Virus record (IMG/VR): IMGVR_UViG_3300005918_000016
Length of the DNA: 64,000 nucleotides
Reading direction: 5' to 3' (one strand)
From: a virus
Lineage: Duplodnaviria; Heunggongvirae; Uroviricota; Caudoviricetes
In this document: positions 35,961 to 45,245 of the stretch, piece by piece
Numbering within the stretch: the stretch's first letter is position 1
How the letters are laid out: every line of letters begins with the position of its first letter
The notes under the pieces: model-generated
Databases searched by the model: none
What the model saw: only the letters and a program-made list of their open reading frames with translations
What the model was told of the DNA's origin: nothing
Position numbers and translations under genes: made by a program

Positions 35961-35988
35961 GGGATCATCCTGGCCAGTGGCTGAGTAG
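35961..35988 (+). promoter_or_regulatory. GGGATCATC-N13-GAGTAG motif
   Basis: Exact consensus; AAGGAG; ATG at 36027. Confidence 0.55.
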
Positions 35989-36026
35989 AGTGTGTGAGGG
36001 ACAAAGACCCGGACAAGGAGCATCCA

Positions 36027-36449
36027 ATGAGCCACATGCTACGACACCCCAAGGAACTGCTACGACAGTACAAGGAACTCGGATGGCTCATTCCCCGACG
36101 TGTCCTAGCGGTCTTCACGGACAAGAAGAACGGGACGGGCAAGTACCGCACGGTGATGCTCCTTGATGGACACACCCATATCATCCCCATCCCTGCAATG
36201 GGGGATGCGAACTTCAGGCGGGAACTGAGGGACGCCCTTGAGTTCAGGCACCTGACCTTCATCGTGGACTTTGGGTGGATACATATGCCATCCGTCGAAG
36301 CGGTCTATCATGATCCCAAGATAAGATCCGACGTCATTTTACTCCGGGGCCAGACTCATCCCGTCAAGGTGCCCACGATCGCCGTGGACAGACTGGAAAC
36401 AGCCCTGGCCAAGCACGCCTCCCGCAAAGAGCCCGGCCCATGCCCCTAA
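36027..36449 (+). CDS. hypothetical protein
   Basis: Motif plus RBS. Confidence 0.45.
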   Translation: MSHMLRHPKELLRQYKELGWLIPRRVLAVFTDKKNGTGKYRTVMLLDGHTHIIPIPAMGDANFRRELRDALEFRHLTFIVDFGWIHMPSVEAVYHDPKIRSDVILLRGQTHPVKVPTIAVDRLETALAKHASRKEPGPCP

Positions 36450-36883
36450 GCATCTCGATAACGCCTTACAGCACGGCTCAGGCCGTCTGGGACGCCTACA
36501 TCAAGAGCATCTCGGAGGACGCCGGGGTTGACCTAACGGAGTGCTCCATGGAGGCGGTCAGCGCCGAGGGCGACGACGTCAGTGTCCCCGTTCAGGACAT
36601 GCTCGGCTTCATCGAAAGGATGGGGGCCTGGGGCTGGGTAGAAGAAGCCACCAACGAGATCCACATCTGGTTCGAGGAAGGATGCTCCCCCAGGCGGAAG
36701 CTCCAGGTGCTCGGACACGAGCTTGGGCACGTGCTCACGGACAACCCCTTCGAGCCCGGAGGCCAGACCGAGGATCAGCGTGTTGTGGAGGACGAACAGC
36801 GGGCCGACTTGGTCAGCGACCTGATCCTCCAGATCGTGGAAACTGCTGGTCTACTGGAACCGGAGGTTACTGATGAGGGCTGA
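36440..36883 (+). CDS. HExxH metallopeptidase-like protein (LGHELGHVL, ImmA/IrrE-like)
   Basis: HELGH motif. Confidence 0.4.
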   Translation: MPLSISITPYSTAQAVWDAYIKSISEDAGVDLTECSMEAVSAEGDDVSVPVQDMLGFIERMGAWGWVEEATNEIHIWFEEGCSPRRKLQVLGHELGHVLTDNPFEPGGQTEDQRVVEDEQRADLVSDLILQIVETAGLLEPEVTDEG

Positions 36884-37073
36884 CGAGCTTCCCAACCCCA
36901 TTCGGCACCACTATTCGGTGGAACAGCTTACTCGTTGTGTGCGGATCGTGCGTAGTCCTACCAAGGACCGAAGAATCACCATCCACTTCCCGGACGAAAC
37001 CCACCTGTGGCTTTGCTCGAACTTGACGGGATGGGTGTGCAAAGCCAGGCACAAAGGAGAGGTCACATGTTAG
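36873..37073 (+). CDS. small hypothetical protein
   Basis: ATGA overlap. Confidence 0.35.
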   Translation: MRADELPNPIRHHYSVEQLTRCVRIVRSPTKDRRITIHFPDETHLWLCSNLTGWVCKARHKGEVTC

Positions 37074-37654
37074 ACTCAGGTGCTGCTTCCTCATCAGGTT
37101 CGGGTTTGGCCTTACTTTTGGCGGTCCTTAGTACAGCCGGAATCCTGGCTATCGTGCTTGGGGTCCGAGCAGCCCGCAATCGCATCAAGGCCCGTCGAGT
37201 CCCTGAGTGGGTCGGACGCTTCAGGGACATTTTCAACCAACAGGACCTGTTCAAGCAGTCTGTCATGCCTGCCCACTTCGTCTTCCTCCGTGACGACATG
37301 TTGCAGGTCCGGCTCACCTACTATCGGAATGGTGTACTTGTGTTCTGGGCGCACTCGGGCCTTTGTGTTAGCATCGCTGACACACCCGAGCATTCACCCC
37401 CGAAAACGATCTCGGATCTGAACAGGTCCCACTGGATGCTCGTAGCCGACAGTGTAGCTCAGACGTGGGAGAATGGACCTTGGAACCCCGCTGTAGAACA
37501 AGCCTTGGTCGCTGTGGAGTGTGCCATTGTGGAGGTCTTAAACCGACGACGGCTGGATGCCGAGGAACGCCGGACCACCAAGAAGGACTCCCTTCAGACT
37601 CGACATGAAGCCTGGACAGTTCCCGACGACGGTTCGCACCCACTTTCCCGCTAG
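37067..37654 (+). CDS. membrane-anchored hypothetical protein
   Basis: ATGTTAG overlap with the upstream stop; TM helix. Confidence 0.4.
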   Translation: MLDSGAASSSGSGLALLLAVLSTAGILAIVLGVRAARNRIKARRVPEWVGRFRDIFNQQDLFKQSVMPAHFVFLRDDMLQVRLTYYRNGVLVFWAHSGLCVSIADTPEHSPPKTISDLNRSHWMLVADSVAQTWENGPWNPAVEQALVAVECAIVEVLNRRRLDAEERRTTKKDSLQTRHEAWTVPDDGSHPLSR

Positions 37655-37660
37655 GGCAAC

Positions 37661-37870
37661 ATGCCCGGACACGACTGCCACTTCCTGACCTATAGGGTAG
37701 AACTCAACTACGACACGAAACGCTGGGAGGTGAAGCACGCTTCAGGTTACGTTGTAGCCGACACCCGGACCCGCAACGAGGCCCTCCTGATCCGGCGACG
37801 GTTGCGGGCCATCCAGGTTGACATCACAGACACCTTGCAAAGAGGGTCATCCGAGGCATCCTTAGAGTAG
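37661..37870 (+). CDS. hypothetical protein
   Basis: ORF. Confidence 0.4.
   Translation: MPGHDCHFLTYRVELNYDTKRWEVKHASGYVVADTRTRNEALLIRRRLRAIQVDITDTLQRGSSEASLE
37844..37870 (+). promoter_or_regulatory. GGGTCATCC-N12-GAGTAG motif variant
   Basis: 12-nt spacer; AAGGAG; ATG at 37919. Confidence 0.4.
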
Positions 37871-37918
37871 ATGTAGTAGGGGTACCCGGAAAAACAGGCC
37901 CGAACCCAAGGAGTGATT

Positions 37919-38134
37919 ATGACAGACGCAACAAAGAAGACCCGCATCGTGATCAGTACAGGCGGTCTGCACTGCGGAAAGTACGAACCATCTGAGGAGA
38001 CACTCAGGAAACTTAAGGGAGTCATCGTGGATGCAGTGGGGAAACAACTGAGGGGTGAGGCTGGTCCCAGCGAACCCTGGCCCTTTGACCCGGTCCTTCC
38101 CATCAAGGGATCATCTGAGGACTCCGCAGAGTAG
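37919..38134 (+). CDS. hypothetical protein; C-terminus GSSEDSAE overlaps the next motif
   Basis: RBS plus motif. Confidence 0.45.
   Translation: MTDATKKTRIVISTGGLHCGKYEPSEETLRKLKGVIVDAVGKQLRGEAGPSEPWPFDPVLPIKGSSEDSAE
38107..38134 (+). promoter_or_regulatory. GGGATCATC-N13-GAGTAG motif
   Basis: Exact consensus; GGAGGA; GTG at 38174. Confidence 0.55.
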
Positions 38135-38173
38135 CTCAAGTGACCGTAGAGAAAAAAACGGAGGACGACTTAG

Positions 38174-38365
38174 GTGGGAACTGCCAACCAAGCGATACCG
38201 AAGATTGAGGATCTCGCCACGGAGTTGTGGGTCTTAGCACAACTTCTACCCGGTGAGGGTATCGAGGATGGTATAGGACGTCTGACTGAGCACCTCCTTA
38301 AAACGGGGTTGGTCGGATTGCAAGACGACTGTGGGGATCCAAAAAAGGAAGGGCTGATCCGATGA
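38174..38365 (+). CDS. hypothetical protein (GTG start)
   Basis: Motif plus RBS. Confidence 0.4.
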   Translation: MGTANQAIPKIEDLATELWVLAQLLPGEGIEDGIGRLTEHLLKTGLVGLQDDCGDPKKEGLIR

Positions 38366-38706
38366 TCACCTGTTGCGAGCAATGGGCCAAACTCCGCAGG
38401 GACTTCCATGTGACCCTGAGGGTGCTCCATACCCTGGGAGCCAACACCCCCAGGCACACGACGCAGTTGTACCAGATCCTCCAGCGGACACGGGGACAGG
38501 GGTACATCGACCTCGTGACCAGTGAGCGGTGTCCGTGCAACGAGTGCCCCGACCCAGCGCTTGTCAGGGAGTTCGTTTCCCGTATGCTGACCCGGCACCC
38601 AGAGGGTGTAAAGAACCACGCCGCTGTGGATGCACTGGCCACTGAGATCCTGGGGGACATCGACAAGGAGCGGCTTGCGGCTCTGCATCGTGCGGAGGGG
38701 GGCTGA
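38362..38706 (+). CDS. hypothetical protein
   Basis: ATGA overlap. Confidence 0.4.
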   Translation: MITCCEQWAKLRRDFHVTLRVLHTLGANTPRHTTQLYQILQRTRGQGYIDLVTSERCPCNECPDPALVREFVSRMLTRHPEGVKNHAAVDALATEILGDIDKERLAALHRAEGG

Positions 38707-38707
38707 C

Positions 38708-39007
38708 ATGGGCTTCAAATGCGGCAACGACCCAATGGGGACACTGACAATCCACGCCGAGGGAGGAGACCTTTCATTCAAGGTGACCTTTGACGGCGGA
38801 GGTGCTGGGGAAAATAAGAGTGTGATACTGGACGCAGCGCTTTCACAGTCCTGGATGAAAGTCCCGATCACGCTCGTCCTACGTGACGAGACCGTGGTGG
38901 ACCGGGAACCCCGGCACATCTACTACGACGCTCTTTCAATGTTCGACTGCGCCTACTATATCGACCCCGCCCGTGACTGGTGGGGTGTCGTTGGAGTAGA
39001 GCGATGA
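38708..39007 (+). CDS. hypothetical protein
   Basis: ORF. Confidence 0.4.
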   Translation: MGFKCGNDPMGTLTIHAEGGDLSFKVTFDGGGAGENKSVILDAALSQSWMKVPITLVLRDETVVDREPRHIYYDALSMFDCAYYIDPARDWWGVVGVER

Positions 39008-39052
39008 TGTCTAGTGTTGTGTTCAATGTGTAACTGACCGAAGGAGGTCCCA

Positions 39053-39688
39053 ATGTATCTTTTCGTACTGGCCGCTATTTCCACCGGGTGTGGGTTCCTC
39101 ATAGAGCGAATCTGTGGGTGGACGGAACCTTGCGTAAGCACCGCCGCAAAAATGTGCGCTCCAGACGCTGTGTCGTGGTCCTCCGTCCCGCTTACGTTGT
39201 CCATGATCTTTTTCTTCATTGCTCTCGTTCTGGTCATCATAGCCCTTATGACCAGCCTGATCGAACGGTCGGAACAAGTCTTTGGCAAAGAGTCCCTTCG
39301 TTGTATGCTGGCCAAGTTCGGTCACCGGCACTCCAGATGGTTGGTTCTGTCGGACATCCTCAAAAACTACGTGGGGGAGAAATACCCGACACTAGAGAAG
39401 GAGATCTTCGCCTCTCTGTCACAAAAGGATCTCACAGGGTTAGCTGCGGACTTCCCTGAACTTCAGTCTGCCACCACCCTTTTGGAGTTCTGCAAACGCC
39501 TCCAGGGACTCTACGACGAGATGTGGGCGCTGGCTGAGGAAATCGAGGATACGAAACAGGCCATGCGCTACCGCACCCAGGACCTGTGGGTACCCTTCTC
39601 CTCCTTCATCCCCAAACTGGATGAAGACGAGTTCGACTTCATCCTTCCGGCCAACCCTCTGGTCTCGGACAAGCCCGTCGAGGAGTAG
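39053..39688 (+). CDS. membrane protein
   Basis: GAAGGAGG RBS; N-terminal TM helices. Confidence 0.45.
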   Translation: MYLFVLAAISTGCGFLIERICGWTEPCVSTAAKMCAPDAVSWSSVPLTLSMIFFFIALVLVIIALMTSLIERSEQVFGKESLRCMLAKFGHRHSRWLVLSDILKNYVGEKYPTLEKEIFASLSQKDLTGLAADFPELQSATTLLEFCKRLQGLYDEMWALAEEIEDTKQAMRYRTQDLWVPFSSFIPKLDEDEFDFILPANPLVSDKPVEE

Positions 39689-39693
39689 CCCCG

Positions 39694-39945
39694 ATGCCTA
39701 GCTGGGAACAGATGCAGCAGATGCCGGGGTTCGGGACGTGCAAAGCCTGCGGACAGAAGCGCCGGGGTCGGTGTCTTGACGGCAACAAGCCGGTGAGGGG
39801 TCGCTACAAGAATGGGGTGGCATATGTCCTCGGCGGCTGCACCGCAGGGTGGATCCCTCGGTACAAGAACCGGAAACGAGGGGTGTCCACCACGTCCGTG
39901 GGCGGCGGCTGGTCAATGAGCCGACCGCATGTCAGGGGAACATAA
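39694..39945 (+). CDS. Cys-containing small protein
   Basis: GAGGAG RBS. Confidence 0.4.
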   Translation: MPSWEQMQQMPGFGTCKACGQKRRGRCLDGNKPVRGRYKNGVAYVLGGCTAGWIPRYKNRKRGVSTTSVGGGWSMSRPHVRGT

Positions 39946-39984
39946 AGAACTAACACTGTCGATCACCTTAAGTGGGTGTCCTAT

Positions 39985-40012
39985 GGGATCATCTCGTCAG
40001 GCGGCAGAGTAG
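39985..40012 (+). promoter_or_regulatory. GGGATCATC-N13-GAGTAG motif
   Basis: Exact consensus; AGGAGG; ATG at 40034. Confidence 0.55.
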
Positions 40013-40033
40013 TCTGGGTAGGAGGACACCACA

Positions 40034-40747
40034 ATGCCCAGAAAGACGAAAGACGGCCTGAGCAAGCAAGCCAACCTGATCTCATCACACTGCCTGGTAG
40101 CCGTACTCAGCGGGAACCCCGAAGAGATCCACAACGTGGGGACCATCCAGGATCTCGAAGAACGACGGGTCGTCATTGCCCATCTAACGGAAATACTGGA
40201 CATCATGGCCCCGAACTTCCTGGGGCGTACAAAGGTCACTTCCGCCATTCAGACGGCCCTTGGTCACCTCCGCAACATGATACCCAAGGGGCGAGACGAG
40301 TATGAGTACAGGGGGCTCAAGGTCTACAGGATGACCTTCGCTCAGCCCCGTCTCTGCGACGGTGAGTCCGTCACGGGCGGCTGGGGCGTGTCCAAGGACA
40401 GGATCAACCCGATCCCCGGTGCCGGGTGGTTCAGGACCGTAACGAGCGCCTACAGGGCCATCGACACCCTGCTCATAACCGGGGACTCGCCCGAGTTCCA
40501 CAAGCTCTACAACCCGAAGCCGGTGTGCGTGAGCACCCTGGTGGAGGCCCTGGAGGCCCTGGTCGATTACGGCATCATGCCGTCCCCTGTCCTGGAGGAT
40601 CTACAGGACGACGCCAAGTGTGCCCTGGACGAGTACCACGGGCGAGTCTGCCGCTGCGAAGCGTGCGGAAAGCTGCTCTATACCATCGAGGACCACGCTC
40701 CCGACTGCCCCCAGAAGAACACGATGGTGACCAAGGGGTCTTGCTGA
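40034..40747 (+). CDS. hypothetical protein (C-terminal CRCEACG...CPQ Zn ribbon)
   Basis: Motif plus RBS. Confidence 0.45.
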   Translation: MPRKTKDGLSKQANLISSHCLVAVLSGNPEEIHNVGTIQDLEERRVVIAHLTEILDIMAPNFLGRTKVTSAIQTALGHLRNMIPKGRDEYEYRGLKVYRMTFAQPRLCDGESVTGGWGVSKDRINPIPGAGWFRTVTSAYRAIDTLLITGDSPEFHKLYNPKPVCVSTLVEALEALVDYGIMPSPVLEDLQDDAKCALDEYHGRVCRCEACGKLLYTIEDHAPDCPQKNTMVTKGSC

Positions 40748-41076
40748 TGAGCCGCTTCCCCCAGCAAGCCAAGGAGATACAGATGACTAACAATGCTCTG
40801 GCCGATTCGCTAAAACGTCTAGCGCACGACCTCGCTCTAACGGGGTCTGTGTTTCTCCTGACGGTGGTTCATTTCATGCACGCTGAAATGACGGCTGCGT
40901 GGGAAGCGCACGTAGCTTTCAAGACCCTTTTCTCAGTCTTCTTCCTGGCCGGGGTCGTCCTGTACCTCATTGGGAAAAGAGAAGTCAACCCCCGGCCCTT
41001 CCTATCCCTCATCGGATCACTCGCCGTCATCGTCGCCTGTGTTATCGTTTTCAGTGCGCTCAAGATAGCTGGTTAG
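40747..41076 (+). CDS. membrane protein
   Basis: ATGA overlap; TM helices. Confidence 0.4.
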   Translation: MSRFPQQAKEIQMTNNALADSLKRLAHDLALTGSVFLLTVVHFMHAEMTAAWEAHVAFKTLFSVFFLAGVVLYLIGKREVNPRPFLSLIGSLAVIVACVIVFSALKIAG

Positions 41077-41109
41077 GAATGCACAAGAGGCAAACAAGGG
41101 AGGAACCAG

Positions 41110-41421
41110 ATGAACGCCGCCGACTGTGACCACATTGGCTACTTGATAGTGGAGTACGCCAATGGACTGTCGGAAGACTTGAAGGAGGCCCTCTTTGCAA
41201 TGGACCCCCGAATCGAAGAGAACTTCGAGGGCTACAACTACGTCCAAGCCCGAAGAGAGCAAGTCCGAGCCCTGTTCAAAACCAAAATAGTGGAGCGGTT
41301 TGGGGAGGCATGGTCGGTAATGAATGCCTGCACCAAGGAAATAAGGGTCAAAGTGTTGGCGGAAGCTGGCAGAGAAGTTTATGGAGAAGACTACGACCCC
41401 AAATTACACGGGAACGGCTGA
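41110..41421 (+). CDS. hypothetical protein
   Basis: GGGAGG RBS. Confidence 0.4.
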   Translation: MNAADCDHIGYLIVEYANGLSEDLKEALFAMDPRIEENFEGYNYVQARREQVRALFKTKIVERFGEAWSVMNACTKEIRVKVLAEAGREVYGEDYDPKLHGNG

Positions 41422-41437
41422 GGGAAGGAGCAACAGC

Positions 41438-41650
41438 ATGAGCCGCAAACGAAAGCCAAAGTGTGAGAGACTGCCCCCGAACCTGGATAAGCCGAAGGAC
41501 GGGCGGGTGAAGCCCCCGGAATTGGAGCCGTGTCCGAAGTGCAAAGGCAGTGGCCGGGTGGTAGATCCATATGGTTGGACCTATAAGGAGCGCTTCACCA
41601 CCTGTCCCCTGTGTGCAGGGGGTAAGTATGTAATGGACCCAGGGGACTGA
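41438..41650 (+). CDS. zinc-ribbon small protein
   Basis: CPKCKG...CPLCAG. Confidence 0.4.
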   Translation: MSRKRKPKCERLPPNLDKPKDGRVKPPELEPCPKCKGSGRVVDPYGWTYKERFTTCPLCAGGKYVMDPGD

Positions 41651-41691
41651 CCCATGAGCGATCTCGCCAAGTCGCCCTTGAAGGATAAGTC

Positions 41692-42018
41692 ATGAGGTGG
41701 CCCTGGCAATGGTTCAGGCGAGAGCCCTGCGAAGTTCACAGCTACGGGCTTGAGAAACGACTCGCCCTGGCCCCCCGAACGTCACTAGCCCCAGCCTGGA
41801 CCAGGAGGTACCCCCACACAAGGCACTTCCTGGTCTGGTTTGACCAGTCCATCTGTCAACGGTGCGGACACCGACCCTTTGCTGTGGTGCGGAAGGTGGC
41901 GGCAGCAAATGCCCTAGAATATGCTGGGTACATACATTCCCGCAGGTACCAGAGGGCTGGCTGGTTGGACCTGGGCAAACAGCCCAAAGATCATCCGAGT
42001 CCCCGCCTGAGTAGATGA
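41692..42018 (+). CDS. Cys-containing hypothetical protein
   Basis: ORF. Confidence 0.35.
   Translation: MRWPWQWFRREPCEVHSYGLEKRLALAPRTSLAPAWTRRYPHTRHFLVWFDQSICQRCGHRPFAVVRKVAAANALEYAGYIHSRRYQRAGWLDLGKQPKDHPSPRLSR
41987..42014 (+). promoter_or_regulatory. AAGATCATC-N13-GAGTAG motif
   Basis: 13-nt spacer; AGGAGG; ATG at 42035. Confidence 0.5.
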
Positions 42019-42034
42019 ACCAGGAGGTTGGCGG

Positions 42035-42253
42035 ATGGATCCTCTGACGATCAAGATTGTAAACGCTGGGATGGGTGTCGATCATGACATGCCCTGTCCG
42101 GTCTGTAAGGAGAACGTGGCTGTTCTGAACATCAACTCGGGGGTGTTCCAGCCTTGCTGGCCTTGCCAGGAGAAGGGCTGGAATACGATTCAAGTCCCCA
42201 AGCGGCTCCGCAAACTGTTCCGTTTCCTCAATGACAAGGGGGTGCTGAAATGA
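42035..42253 (+). CDS. zinc-ribbon small protein
   Basis: CPVC...CWPC. Confidence 0.4.
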   Translation: MDPLTIKIVNAGMGVDHDMPCPVCKENVAVLNINSGVFQPCWPCQEKGWNTIQVPKRLRKLFRFLNDKGVLK

Positions 42254-42564
42254 ACGTCGAAGCAACACAAGCAAGAGAACGTGCCGCCACCGCCAAGCGG
42301 GATCTCAAGGCGGCACAGCACGCCCTGGCTCACATCGTTCGGTCCTGCCAGCACGACTACACCGACCCGGTCTACAAGCCGATCGTCCAGGAAGCCTATA
42401 CCATCCCTGGCGATGCGCCCGGCACGATGGGCGTCGACTTTCGAGGCCCCTGTCACGTCCCCCGGAAAGAGACCCCCCAGTGGATGCAGACCTGCCGAAT
42501 CTGTGGCACCACCCGGACGACTATTCGGACCAAGGATGAAGTGAAGAAGATTCCACAGTTCTAG
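42250..42564 (+). CDS. hypothetical protein
   Basis: ATGA overlap. Confidence 0.4.
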   Translation: MNVEATQARERAATAKRDLKAAQHALAHIVRSCQHDYTDPVYKPIVQEAYTIPGDAPGTMGVDFRGPCHVPRKETPQWMQTCRICGTTRTTIRTKDEVKKIPQF

Positions 42565-42574
42565 GAGACGTTTC

Positions 42575-43114
42575 ATGCCACACAGCAAAGTCGAACCCTT
42601 CAAGGATCTGGTGGGCACCGTATCTGACTCGGTAGTCGCCAAAAAAGCTGGGGTCACCAGAGCCGCTGTAGCCCTTTATCGGAGGACACGGGGAATCCCC
42701 GCACACAAGCAACCCATCGACTGGAGCGTCATCCCTTTAGGAAAGGTGACGGACGTTCAGATTGCAGCAGAGTACGGGATATCCATTCAAGCAATAGGTC
42801 TTCAACGGCAACAAAGGGGCATCCCAAGAGCATCTAAAAGTTCCTTTGCCAACCTTACGGACGAAGACCTTTTCGACCAACACTACCTAGAGGTAGCTCG
42901 AAAAACAGGAAGCCATTGGTCTGCAGTACATGCGGAACGCCGACGAAGGAGGGGTCCAGCATACCACAGGGTAAACTGGAGTCAGCAGGCTGTCTTTTTA
43001 GGAACGATGACTGACTCTACGTTGGCTCGAAAACTGGGGATCTCGACCGCAGCCGTCTGCTGGCAAAGGAAGCAAAGAGGCATCCTTGCCTACACGAAAC
43101 GAACTAAGTCTTGA
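42575..43114 (+). CDS. protein with three tandem HTH-like repeats
   Basis: VAKKAGVTRAAVALYRRTRGIP, IAAEYGISIQAIGLQRQQRGIP and LARKLGISTAAVCWQRKQRGI. Confidence 0.45.
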   Translation: MPHSKVEPFKDLVGTVSDSVVAKKAGVTRAAVALYRRTRGIPAHKQPIDWSVIPLGKVTDVQIAAEYGISIQAIGLQRQQRGIPRASKSSFANLTDEDLFDQHYLEVARKTGSHWSAVHAERRRRRGPAYHRVNWSQQAVFLGTMTDSTLARKLGISTAAVCWQRKQRGILAYTKRTKS

Positions 43115-43474
43115 GTTCCTTGCTGTCCGCAGGAAGCACATCAGTTACCGGACTAGGAACCGGGGTCTTCCACGTCAGCGTGTAGCCGTCCTCTGACTGT
43201 GCCAACCGGCTACGCAGTTCAACCCTGTTCTCTACAAGTCTACGGAAAAGACTGTCATCACTTTTGGCTGCGTCATTCAAGGTGCTGACGTCGTCCAGGA
43301 GATCCCAGCACTGTTCCGCCCGGTTCTTCCAGGCATCCAGTGCCCGAAATAATGTCCCCACGTGCTCAGGACCGAACCCGCAGTCCTCCCCGCTCGCTAC
43401 GGCTGTGTCATACTCCTCCCGTACCCTCTCAACCGTCCAGGGCCTCTGAGTCCCGCTTTCACTTTCACACATCG
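43104..43474 (-). CDS. hypothetical protein
   Basis: Minus-strand island. Confidence 0.35.
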
Positions 43475-43482
43475 GATCCTCC

Positions 43483-44007
43483 TCAGTCAGTTTGTGAGTC
43501 CGGTCGTTCCGGCAAGTCCCCAAACAGAAGGGACCGCACGGCCTGGACCCCAGATTCTGTACCATCCCAGGTGTCGGGCAGTTCCATCCACGACTTCACC
43601 CCGACCTTGAGCGTGTCGCTGGAAGCGTCCCACAGAGGCCCTGGGACGGCCCGTATGACGCCGATGCCGCAGACCATAGACCACTCCACGGATCCGTCAT
43701 CCAGGCGCACAGCGTCCGGCTGCTGGGACACGGCCACGATAACGAGGTTGGCTTCAGCAGCCTCATGGGCCACATCAGCCAGCGCCTGCACCCGTTCCTT
43801 GATTGTGACATTCCTAAAGAAAGCCCACGCCTTCCGGGGATTGGCGTCCCTCAACGAAGACGAAAACAGCGGGAAGATCACTCGGTCAGGCTTAATAATC
43901 TGGAGGACATTCTCACCCTCACAGCCCAAGACCAATGCATCGGAATTCGGGGCCTTCCTAAAGATCGGCAGTTCGTTTTCCCTCATCTGGTACACAAAGT
44001 AGCGCAT
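43483..44007 (-). CDS. hypothetical protein
   Basis: ORF. Confidence 0.4.
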   Translation of the reverse strand: MRYFVYQMRENELPIFRKAPNSDALVLGCEGENVLQIIKPDRVIFPLFSSSLRDANPRKAWAFFRNVTIKERVQALADVAHEAAEANLVIVAVSQQPDAVRLDDGSVEWSMVCGIGVIRAVPGPLWDASSDTLKVGVKSWMELPDTWDGTESGVQAVRSLLFGDLPERPDSQTD

Positions 44008-45101
44008 CAGTCCTCTCCTTGTTTTTCACAGGGCCACCACTTCGCTTTACCGTGCGGATCGACCAGGTGCGAAAACCCCATTGCCTTCCCCTTGAGGGGG
44101 GCAATGTTTAGGTGTTCGAAGTGCCCCAACTCAAGAGGACGCCCTTCGATCCGGGCATCCTCCTCTATCTCTCCCAGGAAGCACTCAAGGCAGAGGCTGT
44201 TCCGGGGGTACTGGTCGCTCACCAGCTTCCAGATTGTGGCGGGGAGGCTGTAGTCGACCCGCTTGATGCAGCCGCACTTCGGGCAGGATGGGTGACCTTC
44301 CGGGTTATAATTGGAGATCGTCCACATGGCGTTCTTGGGCACATTAACAAAGGGCAACGTGTAGAACTCTCCCATCCCGGTAGATTCGAAAACGCTACCC
44401 TCCACGTTAAGGCCCAGCCGAGCGAACACCTCGAACGTCAGCAGACTCCGATAGAAACGCCGAAGCTGGTAGGAGGCATCCCGGCCAGGGTCAATGACCG
44501 GCCCATCGTTGGCGTCAAAAACCTTGGTCTCCTCCACCTTGAGTCTGCCTCCCTGAAGTGCCGGGGCGTCCAGGGTAGCGTCCATGCCGGGCAACAGAAG
44601 AGAAGGACTGTCCACGTAGTCGAACAGGAAACTGATGGCGTAACGGACCATCGGAAGCCAGGTGTCAATCAGCATCTCCCGGATCATCGTGTCGTACCCT
44701 GTCAACAGGCCGCTGGTGGCCAGCATGTGGGCCTGTCCGATAAGGAATTCGTAGGTGGCGAGCGCCTGTGAAGGAACGTAAAAATGGAGTCCCTCCGGGA
44801 GGTGCCTGACGATGTCCCACCCCTGAATAAGATCCAGGATCTGGGGGGTGTACTTAACCACGGTATGGGCGTCTGCCTCCGTGGCATAACCCTCCGGGAC
44901 GTCCTCCACCTTCTCTGTACCAACCCCGGCCAGCCTGATCCTCATGGGTTCCAGTCGTGTCCCCTCCTGGGTGTACAGGGGACTCATCCCATCTACAAGG
45001 TAAAGCTGGGGGAAGATGTCCCATTTGCCCTTGAGGTTACGGATCCGTTTGCGTGCTCGTTGTTTGGACATCATCAGATTCCTCCGCAACAGACTGTGCA
45101 T
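44007..45101 (-). CDS. hypothetical protein (364 aa; CPKCGC...CLEC)
   Basis: ORF. Confidence 0.4.
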   Translation of the reverse strand: MHSLLRRNLMMSKQRARKRIRNLKGKWDIFPQLYLVDGMSPLYTQEGTRLEPMRIRLAGVGTEKVEDVPEGYATEADAHTVVKYTPQILDLIQGWDIVRHLPEGLHFYVPSQALATYEFLIGQAHMLATSGLLTGYDTMIREMLIDTWLPMVRYAISFLFDYVDSPSLLLPGMDATLDAPALQGGRLKVEETKVFDANDGPVIDPGRDASYQLRRFYRSLLTFEVFARLGLNVEGSVFESTGMGEFYTLPFVNVPKNAMWTISNYNPEGHPSCPKCGCIKRVDYSLPATIWKLVSDQYPRNSLCLECFLGEIEEDARIEGRPLELGHFEHLNIAPLKGKAMGFSHLVDPHGKAKWWPCEKQGED

Positions 45102-45245
45102 CTGCCATCCAGGGTTGTGGTGCGAGCGGACTGTTCGTCCACCCGCCCGATTACCCTACCCACAGAATCTGTGTCTTTCCAGGCCTTTTTGCTCTCGTTG
45201 GAGTAGATCAGAGAGAATGACCAGAACACCAGGGGCGAAAACGGC

